From positions 608,001 through 672,000 of the forward strand of contig CAWEMM010000009.1 in the NCBI GenBank assembly GCA_963810095.1: DNA of 64,000 nucleotides, written 5' to 3'. Below, piece after piece: positions 30,012 to 40,475 of the stretch. A program made the position numbers and the translations under genes. Origin of the DNA: an uncultured Chloroflexia bacterium. Its GTDB lineage: Bacteria > Chloroflexota > Anaerolineae > CG2-30-64-16. The notes under the pieces are model-generated. The model was not told the DNA's origin. It worked only from the letters and a program-made list of their open reading frames with translations, and did not search any database. Every line of letters starts with the position of its first letter. Positions within the stretch are counted from its first letter, which is position 1.

Positions 30012-31673
30012 ATGGAACTGAAAGACTACATCCGGCCCCTCCGTAAGTGGTGGTGGCTGATCGTTGCAGCGACGCTCGTCGCGATCGTGTCGAGCTACAT
30101 GGCAACGCGACAGCAGGGAGCCATCTACCGCACGCGCACCACGCTGATGGTTGGCACGGCCATCGAGAACCCGAATCCCAACGGGAATGAGTTCTGGCTG
30201 ACGCAGCAACTTGCCAACACTTACGCCGATATCGTCAAGCGGGACAACATCCGGGCGGCCGTCATGCAGCGGCTGGGGCTCACCTGGCTGCCCGACTACA
30301 CTGCTAGGGTCGTGCCCAACACCCAGTTGATCGAGCTTGCCGTGACAGACGTCGACCCGCTGCGCGCACAACAGGTGGCGCAGGGCTTGGCCGGCGAGCT
30401 CATCGGCATCAGCCCGACGGGCCCAGGAGGTGAGGACCAGCAGCGCCAAGCCTTCATCAGCCAGCAACTGAACGATCTCGAGACCAAGATCGAGCAGACC
30501 CAGTCCGAGATCGACAAGAAGCAGGCCGAGTTGGCCAACATGTTCAGCGCGCGCCAGATCGCCGACACGCAAACGCAGATCACGGGGCTGCAGAACAAGA
30601 AGGCAACGCTGCAGTCAAACTATGCGTCTCTGCTCAGCAATACCCAGCGCGGCGCGCTGAACAGCATCAATATCATCGAGCCGGCCGTGCTGCCGACCGT
30701 GCCCGTTGGACCCAACAAGGGCGCGACCATCATGCTCGCGGCCGCGATCGGGTTCTTGCTGGCGCTTGGCGCGGCCTATTTGCTCGAGTACCTCGACGAT
30801 ACGATGAAGAACCCGGATGAGGTGCAGAAGTCGCTCGGCGTGACGACCCTGGGCGCGGTTCCGCGCATCGAGGGCGCCGCACCCGGCTCGGAGCTGGCGA
30901 TCCTTTCGAACAGCCAGTCGGCCGCGACGGAGGCCTACCGCGTGCTGCGTACGAACCTGCAGTTTGCCGAGGTCGGTCACCCGTTGCGCACCTTGATGGT
31001 GACGAGCCCGGCGCCGGGCGAAGGCAAGACGCTCACGATTTCGAACCTCGGCGCCGTGCTGGCCCAGGCCGGCCGGCGTGTCATCCTCGTCGATGCCGAT
31101 CTGCACAAGCCCCGCCTGCACCGTGTCTTCGGCCTGCGGAACAACATCGGACTCACCACCGCGCTGCTTGAAGAGCACCCCGACCTCGTGGGCCTTATCC
31201 AGGAAGGCCCCGTGCCGAACCTGTCGGTGTTGACCTCCGGTCCGCTGCCGCCCAACCCGGCCGAGCTGCTGGGCGCGAGCCGCATGCGTGAGCTGATTGC
31301 GCAGCTATTGGAGCTGGCCGATATCGTCCTGGTCGACACGCCCCCCGCAGTCGCCCTGGCAGATGCGGCGATCATGAGCACCCAAATGGACGGCGTCCTG
31401 CTCGTGCTCGACGCCGGCCACACTCGCCGGGAGGTGGCACGCCGCGCGCTGGAAGCGCTGCGACGGGTGAACGCCCGCATCATCGGCACGGTCCTCAACC
31501 GTGTTTCCCTCCGGGGCGAGGGCTATTACTACTATTACTACTACCACTACGGCGACTATGGCCTCGAGAACAACGGCCACGGCCCGAACGGTTCGGGGAA
31601 CGGCAAGCGTCGCGGGAGGCCCCGACGCCGGCCTGCCGGTGCGCCGGTCGCGCCCACGGGCAACAGCAACTAA
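30012..31673 (+). CDS. Polysaccharide biosynthesis tyrosine autokinase (Wzz plus CpsD/CapB fusion)
   Basis: Wzz N-terminal TM, coiled coil, second TM; EAYRVLRTNL, PGEGKT, LVDADL, DTPP; C-terminal Tyr cluster GYYYYYYYHYGDY. Confidence 0.93.
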   Translation: MELKDYIRPLRKWWWLIVAATLVAIVSSYMATRQQGAIYRTRTTLMVGTAIENPNPNGNEFWLTQQLANTYADIVKRDNIRAAVMQRLGLTWLPDYTARVVPNTQLIELAVTDVDPLRAQQVAQGLAGELIGISPTGPGGEDQQRQAFISQQLNDLETKIEQTQSEIDKKQAELANMFSARQIADTQTQITGLQNKKATLQSNYASLLSNTQRGALNSINIIEPAVLPTVPVGPNKGATIMLAAAIGFLLALGAAYLLEYLDDTMKNPDEVQKSLGVTTLGAVPRIEGAAPGSELAILSNSQSAATEAYRVLRTNLQFAEVGHPLRTLMVTSPAPGEGKTLTISNLGAVLAQAGRRVILVDADLHKPRLHRVFGLRNNIGLTTALLEEHPDLVGLIQEGPVPNLSVLTSGPLPPNPAELLGASRMRELIAQLLELADIVLVDTPPAVALADAAIMSTQMDGVLLVLDAGHTRREVARRALEALRRVNARIIGTVLNRVSLRGEGYYYYYYYHYGDYGLENNGHGPNGSGNGKRRGRPRRRPAGAPVAPTGNSN

Positions 31674-31679
31674 CGCCGC

Positions 31680-32805
31680 ATGACCGGCTTCGCACCCTTC
31701 GCGATTCGGCCAGACCTTGCACTGCCCGATGCCTGGGTTACATGGCTGGCAGCGGTGTTGGGGAGCGAAGGAGGTGACTTGCCGCCGGCACCTCCCTTCT
31801 CTGGTGTGGCGCAGCCTCTCGCCAGGCACGGCCTGCTGCCCCTGCTTTACGACCGGTTGCGCGGCGGTGCAGCATGGGCCGGCCTGCCGCTCGATCTTCG
31901 GGACGCCCTTACTTCCGCGTTCCAGACCGGCGCCGCTCGCACCTTCCTGCTTGAAACCGAGCTCGCCGCGCTGCGCAACCGCGGCCGGGGGCCTGACGCT
32001 GCTCAAAGGGGCCGCGGTCGGGCATACGGTCTACCCCAACCCCGCGCTGCGACCGGTGAGCGACCTCGACTTGCTCACCCCCCGTGAGCAGGTTGGGCGT
32101 GTGCAGTCCCGGCTCGAAGCGATCGGGTATCGGGGGGTGGGGCTCACCGCACACCGTCGCTTGGGCGGCCTGGCACGCCGGTACCGCGCCGAGCTCCCAC
32201 TGGTCGGCTATGTGCCCGGCCTGGGTCACCTCCTCGTCGAGCTGCATTGGTCGCTGGCCGAGATCCCCTACTACATCGACCTGGTCACTCCGGCTGCCCT
32301 GGCCGAGGACGCTAAGCCGCTTCACGCCCTTCCGGGTTGCTCTGCCCCCCGACCCAGCGTGCTGCTCGCTTATGCGGCCGGTCACCTGGCCTTGCATCAC
32401 AGCCGCGACCTCCGTTTGATCTGGCTCGTGGACCTCGACTACCTGGTTCGCAGCGGCCGGGTCGATTGGGACGACCTGTTGCGGATCGCCGAGGCGTGGA
32501 AGCTCGGGCTGGCCCTGCACGCGGGTCTGGCGGCGGTCGCCGGCTGGCTGAGGACGCCTGTCGATCCCGCGATCATGGCCGAGCTCGGGCGGCTGGCGCA
32601 AGATCCGGTGGGGGTGCGGCTGTGGGGTCTGGGCGACGAAGCGCCGGACCGGGCGTGGCGGCGCGCGGCCGCGTCGTTGTCGACCCTGCCGCCGGCGAGT
32701 GCGCTTCGCTACGCGGGGTGGCTGGCGCTGCGGGGAGCGTTGCGTCCCATCGAGCACGCTGCGTCCGCTGGCGCACCGCCCGCAGGCCAGGCGCGTCCGC
32801 AATGA
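31680..32805 (+). CDS. Nucleotidyltransferase family protein (NTP_transf_5 type; frameshift near 31978)
   Basis: RHGLLPLLY N-terminus; LLKGAAV...YPNPALRPVSDLDLL, VELHW, HLALH, LIWLVDL, VDW motifs. Confidence 0.85.
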
Positions 32806-33269
32806 AGCAGGAGACGGTGAGTCCGCCACACGATCTGCGAGCGGAGACATGGCTGCCCTTGCTTCACGACGCGCTGGCCGAACACGGCCGCTTCACATTC
32901 CCCCTGCGAGGCGCCAGTATGCGGCCGGCCCTGCCCGCGCAGTGCGATATCGACATCGTTCCGCTGCCGGCCGCACCGCGTTTAGGCCAGCTGATCGTGT
33001 TTGCCTCGGGCGACGCACTCGTTGCCCACCGGCTTGTGCGGCGCTCCGGGCGCTTCTGGGTTGCCCAGGGCGACAACCGGCGCGGGCCCGACCGCCCGCT
33101 GCAGCCCGAGCAAGTGCTGGGCGCCGTTGCAGCCGCAAGGGTGGGCGGACGTACCGTGTGGCCGCACCGGGCCGAGCGCCCGTGGGCCATGCTGATGGTG
33201 GCGCGCTACCATCTCCTGCGCGCTGTGCGGTGGGCCGGACGGCAAGTCCGGCGCTGGATGCCGCGATGA
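32802..33269 (+). CDS. S24/S26 family peptidase
   Basis: RGASMRP (Ser), VAHRLV, QGDN, VLG motifs; ATGA overlap with the upstream gene. Confidence 0.82.
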   Translation: MKQETVSPPHDLRAETWLPLLHDALAEHGRFTFPLRGASMRPALPAQCDIDIVPLPAAPRLGQLIVFASGDALVAHRLVRRSGRFWVAQGDNRRGPDRPLQPEQVLGAVAAARVGGRTVWPHRAERPWAMLMVARYHLLRAVRWAGRQVRRWMPR

Positions 33270-34100
33270 GTGGATCTGTGGTTGTCGTGGACGTGGCCGG
33301 CGTCATCATGCGCGCCGAGGTGCCCGAGCACCACTGGGCAGAGGAGCTCGAGCAGCGGTACGCCGCGTTCATCACCACCGACCCGCCCCAATGGCAGGTC
33401 GCCGTTCGCCACGCGCCCGAAGAAGCCTTCCTGATGCCCGGCTGGGCCCGCCATGAGGGCGGCGTGACCGCCTTTCACATCCAGCAGTATCGCGGGGAAA
33501 TTGACCTTGCGGCCCGCACTGCCTGGGTGACTGCGCCTTCGTTCGAGCGCGTGGCTTCTGCTGTCGAACGAACACTTACCTTCATCCTCATGCAAGTGCT
33601 GCCAGCGCGAGCGGGACAGCCTTCTACTCCATGCCTGCGGCGTCGAGCTGGACGGCCGCGGGTACGTCTTTTTCGGTCCTTCCGGCGCGGGGAAAACCAC
33701 CGTGGCTCGCCTCGCGGCGGGCCACGGCGAGGTGTTGTGTGACGAGAACGTCGTGCTGCGCCTGGAGACTCGCGGCATCTACCTCCTGAGCACGCCGTTT
33801 TGGGGCGCCAGCACGCCGCCGCAGTTGATCCGACGCGTCGATCGGGCCGTGCCTCTGGCCGGGCTGTTCCGACTCGTACACGCCCCGGATTTCTCACTCA
33901 ACCGGCTCACGCCCGGTCGGGCGGTCGCCGCGCTGCTCGACACGGAGAAGGTTGCCACCGAGCGCCGCGAGAGCGCCCTGGCGTGGCTCGACGTGGCCGC
34001 ACGGCTGGTCGAACGCATCCCCGTCTATAGCCTCGGTTTCCCGCCTACTCAGGAACTGTGGTCATTTCTTCTGCGTCACGAGGGTGGATCAATCGCCTGA
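33266..34100 (+). CDS. HPr-kinase-like P-loop protein (ScmC-like; frameshift near 33610)
   Basis: LLHACGV...FFGPSGAGKTT...LCDE...STPFWG...IPVYSLGF; ATGA overlap with the peptidase gene. Confidence 0.8.
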
Positions 34101-34226
34101 TTCGGCTCGGCTGAACGCTGGTATAATTCGGCCAAGGCCTTGCTTCAGCAGGACGTATGCCCGGTGCTTCCGCCTGGCCCGGCGAAGGCGTGTGCGCCTG
34201 CTCTGCTCGTAAGGAGGAGACCTCCC

Positions 34227-37200
34227 ATGTCCCGCAATCGCTCTGCATCAATGCGCACCCTCGGTCTGGCGGCGCTGGTGATGGCCGTCCTGGCGACTGC
34301 TGCCATCGCCTGCGCAGCCCGCCCTGACCCGTCCAGCCCCGCACAGGGGGATTCGTCGGAGGTGACCATGCGTCGAAGCCGCCTCGCGCTGACGCCCCAG
34401 CCAACGCCGGGGTTGCGGTACCGGTTGTCCGAAGGCCGCGAGCAGGCGGGACCCGCCGAAGTGCTGACCCCCGCAACGGCCGAGCCCCTGGCGGCCGCAG
34501 ACACCCAAAAGCTGCTTGACCGCCTGCCCCCACTGACCGGCGAGGCCGGGGACGTGATGGAGCTTAACCTGCCGAAGGACACGCTCCCTGCCCCGCGGCC
34601 CGGCAAGACGATCAAGGAGCCTTTTCCTCCCGTACCCGCGCCCATCTCTGCGCCCCAGGTGACGACAGGGCCCCTCGAGGTGCTCCGCTACGCGCCCGAG
34701 GGTGACGTGCCGGTGGCCCCCAACCTGAGCATCACCTTCAACCAGCCGATGGTTGCGCTCACCAGCATCGGCGATCTCGCCAAGCAGAACGTGCCGGTAA
34801 AGCTCTCGCCCCAACCCGACGGCCAGTGGCGCTGGGTGGGCACGAAGACGCTCTTCTTTGAGCCGGCCGCGAAAACCGGGTTTGCCGCGGGCCGTCTGCC
34901 GGCCGCCACAAAGTACACGGTCGAGATTCCCGCTGGAACCACGTCCGCGACCGGCGGCAAGCTGGCAAAAGCAGTGAGCTTCAGCTTCACCACCCCGGCT
35001 CCAGCGATCGAGGTCGCCTACCCGAAAGACGGCCCAACCCGCCGCGATACGCCGTTCTTCGTCTCCTTCAACCAGCGCATCGACCCCGCCGCCGTGCTCA
35101 AGACCATCGTGGTGCGGGCGGGCGGCCGAACCTTCCCGCTCCAGCTGCTGCCGGCCGATGACCTGCCCGCGGACGAGGCCCTTAGGTCGCTGGCTGCAAA
35201 CGCACAGTCTGGCCGCTGGCTGGCCTTCAAGACGACCGAACCGCTGCCCGCTGACGCGGCGGTGGAGGTGGTGGTGGGCCCAGGGGTCCCCTCGGCCGAA
35301 GGCCCGCTGACCAGCCCGAAGGCGGAAGCCTTCAGCTTTCGCACGTACGGACCGCTCACCGTAGTGCGGAGCCAGTGCGGTTGGGGCGGCGAGTGCACGC
35401 CGTTCCTGCCCTGGCAGATCGAGTTTTCGAACCCGCTCGACCGGAACAGCATCACCGAGGCATCGGTGAAAATCGAGCCCGCGCTGCCGAATCTCACCGT
35501 CGAAGTGTTCGGCAACACCATGCAGATTCGCGGGGCCAGCCAGGGCCGCACGACGTACCGCGTCACGCTCGACGCGGGGATCGGCGACATTTTCGGCCAG
35601 GTCCTCGGCAGCCCGGTGACCGTCACGTTTGCGGTCGGGTCGGCACAGCCCTCCATGGGGATGCAGGGCGGGAACTTCGTCGTGCTCGATCCGCTCGGCA
35701 AGCCTGCGCTGTCGGTCTACACCATCAATTACAACCGGCTGGCCGTGCGTGCGTACGCCGTCAAGCCGGAAGACTGGCCCGCATTCAAGACGTACATGCA
35801 GGAGCGCTACCGGACCGACAACCCGCCCGCGGTGCCGGGCCAGTTGGTATACCAGAAGGCTGTCCCCATCGAGTCCGTCGCCGACAAGCTTGTGGAGACG
35901 GCAGTCGATCTGGACGCGGCCTTCAAACAGGCCCAGGGCCATCTCGTGGTCCTCATCAAGCCCGAGCGGACGGGCTTGTCCGCGCTGCTGCCCGGCCGCA
36001 GCCGGCCGGAAGAGAACGTGGTCTGGGTGCAGAAAACCCAGATCGGGCTGGACGCGTTCGTGGACGCGGGCCAGGCGCTCGCCTGGACGACCTCGCTGAA
36101 GGACGGCTCGCCGCTGGCGAACGTCGAACTATCCCTGTGGCCGGGCAGCGCGACGGCGCGCAGCAACGACGCGGGCATGGCGACGCTGGCACTGCCCGCC
36201 GGCGCGCCCGCCCAGCTCCTGTTGGCGAAGGCCAACGGCGAGACGGCCATGCTCCCCTCCGATGCGTATTTCTGGGGCGGCGGCGGGTGGCAGCAGCGGC
36301 CGCTCGTCGACCAGCTCCGCTGGTACGTCTTTGACGACCGCAAGATGTACAGGCCCGGCGAAGAGGTGCATATCAAGGGCTGGTTGCGGCGCTGGGGCGC
36401 AGGCCCCCGCGGCGACATTAGCATGCTGCAAGGCGCGGAGGCGGTCACCTATCGCCTGCAGGACAGCCGCGGTAACGAGATCGTAACCGGCCGGGCCGGC
36501 GTGAACGCCAGCGGCGGCTTTGACTTCGTCCTCAAGCTGTCGGACACGATGAACCTGGGTCCCGCCTATTTGCAGTTCGACGCCGTGGCGAGCGGCAACT
36601 ACGACAACCGGTCGTATGGGCATCAGATCGACGTACAGGAGTTCCGCCGGCCCGAGTTCGAGGTTAAGCTGAATCCCGGGGAAGGGCCCTACTTCGTTGC
36701 CGACAGCGCAACCGTCGAAGCAAGCGCCGCCTACTATGCCGGCGGCCCCTTGCCCAACGCGCCGGTCAACTGGACGGTCACGTCGAGCTCCGGCTCCTAC
36801 AGCCCGCCCGGCTGGGACGACTTCACCTTCGGCCGCTGGGTCCCCTGGTGGCATCTGTGGTGGTCGGGCCCCGAAAAGCCGCAGATCGAAACCGGCAAGA
36901 CTTTCACGGGCACGACCGATGCGGGCGGTCTCCACGTCCTGCGCATCGACTTCGACTCCGTCGTTCCGGCCGAGCCCTCGTCGCTACGTGTCGAAGCGTC
37001 GGTGGAGGATGTCAACCGCCAGGCCTGGACCGCGAGCGCGAACCTATTGGTCCATCCCGCATCGCTGTACGTCGGGCTGCGAACGGAACGCCTCTTTGTG
37101 GAGAAAGACCAGCCGCTGCCGGTCGACATCATTGTGACCGACCTGGACGGGCAACCCGTAGCCGGCGCCGAGGTGAAGCTGACCGCCGCCCGGCTGCAGT

Positions 37201-40200
37201 GGAAATGGAACGGCTCGAGCTACGAGGAGACCGGGGTCGACCCGCAGCCCTGCACGGTCAAGTCCGAGACGAAACCGGTGCGCTGCACGTTCGAGACGCC
37301 CCAGGGCGGCACGTACCGGATCACGGCCGTCGTCACTGACGACAAAGGCCGGCCCAACCAGACAGAGCTGACCCGCTGGGTCTCGGGCGGCGACGTGGTG
37401 CCGTCACGCGACGTACAGCAGGAAGAGGTCACCCTCGTTCCAGACAAGAAAACATACCGTGCGGGCGAGACGGCCGAAATCCTGGTCCAGGCGCCGTTCT
37501 ACCCGGCCGAGGGCCTGCTCACGCTGCGGCGCTCGGGGCTGGTGAAGAGCGAGCGCTTCACGCTGGATGGGCCGTCCACCACCTTGCGCGTTCCCATCGA
37601 AGAAGGGTACGTGCCGAACGTGTTCGTGCAGGTGGACCTGGTTGGCGCATCTGCCAGGGCGGGCGATGCCGCCGTGGATACGCAGGGACAGCCGCAGACC
37701 AACCTGCCGAAGCGGCCCGCGTATGCGCGCGGCGAACTCGACCTCAGCGTGCCGCCGCTCGCCCGCACGCTGACCGTGGAAGCGAAGCCCCAGGCCGACA
37801 AACTGGAGCCGGGCGGGACCACGCAGCTCGACCTGATCGTGCGAGACGCGGCCGGCAAGCCCGTCCCCAATGCGGAGTTGGCCGTCGCCGTCGTCGACGA
37901 AGCGATCCTGGCCCTGACCGGGTACGACCTCCCTGATCCGCTCACGAGCTTCTACGACGAGCGCTCGACCGAGATGATGGACAGCCATAACCGCGGCTAC
38001 ATCGTCCTCGCGAACCCAATGGCGCTGGACACGGGCGCGCAGGCCGCGAATGACGCGGCGACGGGCGCGGGGGCGCCGGTCATGGCCGCGGTGCCCGCAC
38101 CTGCCGCCGCGGAAGCCCCGCGAGCGATGGCGACCCAGACGGTCGAGAAGGCGGTCATGCAGGAGGGGGGGCAGGCGAACACACCGATCGCCGTCCGCAC
38201 GGACTTCAACCCGCTGGCCAACTGGTCTCCGGCGGTGCCCACGGACGGCCAGGGCCGGGCTACGATCACGATCAAGGTGCCCGATAACCTGACGCGATAC
38301 CGGGTGATGGTGGTCGCGGTGGCGGGCGCAAAGCAGTTTGGCAAGGGAGCCTCTGCGGTCACGGCCCGGCTGCCCCTGATGGTGCGGCCGTCCGCGCCGC
38401 GTTTCCTCAACTTCGGCGACAAGTTCGAGCTGCCGGTGGTCGTGCAGAACCAGACGGACGCGCCGATGACCGTCGACGTGGCGCTGCAAACCGCGAACCT
38501 GGAGCTAACGGAGGGAACCGGCCGCCGGGTAACGGTCCCCGCGAATGACCGTGTCGAGGTGCGCTTCCCCGCGACAACCGTCGCATCCGGGACGGCGCGC
38601 TTCCAGGTGGCTGCGGCCTCAGGTAAGTGGGCCGACGCCGCAAACATCAGCCTGCCGGTTTACACGCCGGCGACGACAGAAGCCTTCGCCGTGTACGGGG
38701 TGGTGGATGAAGGGAGCGTAGCCCAGCCCGTCATCGCGCCGACGGGCGTCTATACGCAGTTTGGCGGGCTCGAAATCCAGACTTCGTCGACCGCGCTGCA
38801 GGCGCTAACCGACGCGTTCCTGTACCTGGTCGCCTATCCGTTCGAGTGCTCCGAGCAGCTTGCGTCACGCATTCTCTCGGTGGCGGCGCTGCGCGACGTC
38901 CTGACCGCGTTCCAGGCGGAAGGCCTGCCGGCCGCTCCCGAGATCGAGGCGTCGATGAAGCGCGATATCGAGCGGCTTGACGGTATGCAGAACGATGACG
39001 GCGGCTTCCCTGTGTGGAAGCGCGGCGACGAGTCGTGGCCCTATTACAGCATCCATGCCACCCACGCCTTGCAGCGGGCGAAGATGAAGGGCTATGCGGT
39101 GCCAGGGGAAATGCTCGACAGCGCGCGCAGCTACCTGGTCGACATCGAGTCGAAATACCCCTACTGGTATGGCCCTTCGGTGCGCAATACCCTCAGCGCC
39201 TACGCGCTCTACGTGCGCAACCTCATGGGCGATAAGGACGCGGCCAAGGCGCGCAAGTTGATCGCCGAAAGCGGCCTCGACACCGGTTCGCCAACCGCGC
39301 TCACGCCGGAAGCCGTGGGCTGGCTGCTGAGCGTGCTGACTGACGATCCCGGCTCGAAGGAGCAGGTGGCCCAGATCCGGCGCTACCTCGACAACCGGGT
39401 GACCGAGACGGCCGGCGCGGCGCACTTCGTCTCTTCCTATTCCGACCAGGACTACGTCGTGCTCGGCTCGAACCGCCGGGGCGACGGCGTGATCCTGGAT
39501 GCATTGATCGGGGACCAAGCCGCAGAGCGACTTGATCCCCAAGCTGGTCGCGGGGTTGCTGGGCGGGCGGAAAGACGGGCGCTGGTCGAACACGCAGGAG
39601 AACGTCTTCATCCTGCTCGCGCTCGACCGCTACTTCAATACCTACGAGGCTACGACGCCCGACTTCGTGGCCCGTGCATGGCTGGGCGACCAGTACCTGG
39701 GCGAATCGACGTTCCACGGCCGCACGACCGACTACAAGCAGATCACGGCGCCTATGGCGTTCCTGGCGCAGGCGGCCCCGACGACCGAGAACGTGATCCT
39801 CGGCAAGGATGGGCCGGGCCGGCTGTACTACCGGCTGGGGCTGCGCTACGCGCCGAAGGATCTGAATCTGCCCGCTTACGACGCCGGTTTCACCGTCGAG
39901 CGCAAGTATGAGGGCGTGGACGATCCGGCGGACGTCCGGCGTGAGGCGGATGGGACCTGGGTCATCAAACCGGGCGCGCGTGTGAGGGTGACCCTGACGA
40001 TGGTTGCGCCCGCCATTCGACATCACGTTGCGCTGAGCGATCCGCTGCCCGCGGGGCTCGAGCCGCTCAATCCCGCGCTCGCGACCACCGGCAGCCTGCC
40101 GGCTGAGGCCAACACCACGCCGGCCAAGGGGTACTTCTGGTGGTGGGGCCCCTGGTACGAGCACCAGAACCTGCGCGATCAGCGGGCCGAGGCGTTCACG

Positions 40201-40350
40201 TCGACGTTGTGGGGCGGGGTGTACGAGTACACCTACTTCGCCAGGGCAACCACGCCGGGTCGATTCGTAGTCCCGCCGGCAAAGGCCGAGGAGATGTACG
40301 CACCGGAGACCTTCGGCCGCAGCGCGGGCGACGTGGTCGTGGTCCAATAA
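34227..40350 (+). CDS. Bacterial alpha-2-macroglobulin family lipoprotein (frameshift near 39520)
   Basis: Lipobox AIAC; FNQPMV Ig domains; DRKMYRPGE, EFRRPEF, AVVDEAIL, RTDF, PDNLTRYR, PRFL; thioester YPFECSEQ; NTQEN, DPLPAGLE, AEEMYAPE. Confidence 0.93.
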
Positions 40351-40426
40351 GTCGGATCCGAATGTGCGCTGGGGCCGGTCTCTGACCGTGCCCCGGCTGG
40401 CTCGGTCAGATAGCAAATGGAATGCA

Positions 40427-40462
40427 AGAGGCCAGGTTCCTCGCCCGAACCTGGCCTCTCTT
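40427..40462. terminator. Hairpin between convergent genes
   Basis: AGAGGCCAGGTTC-N7-GAACCTGGCCTCT-CTT; a second hairpin TCTGACCG...CGGTCAGA at 40381-40410. Confidence 0.55.
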
Positions 40463-40475
40463 CTGCGTTTGAGCC

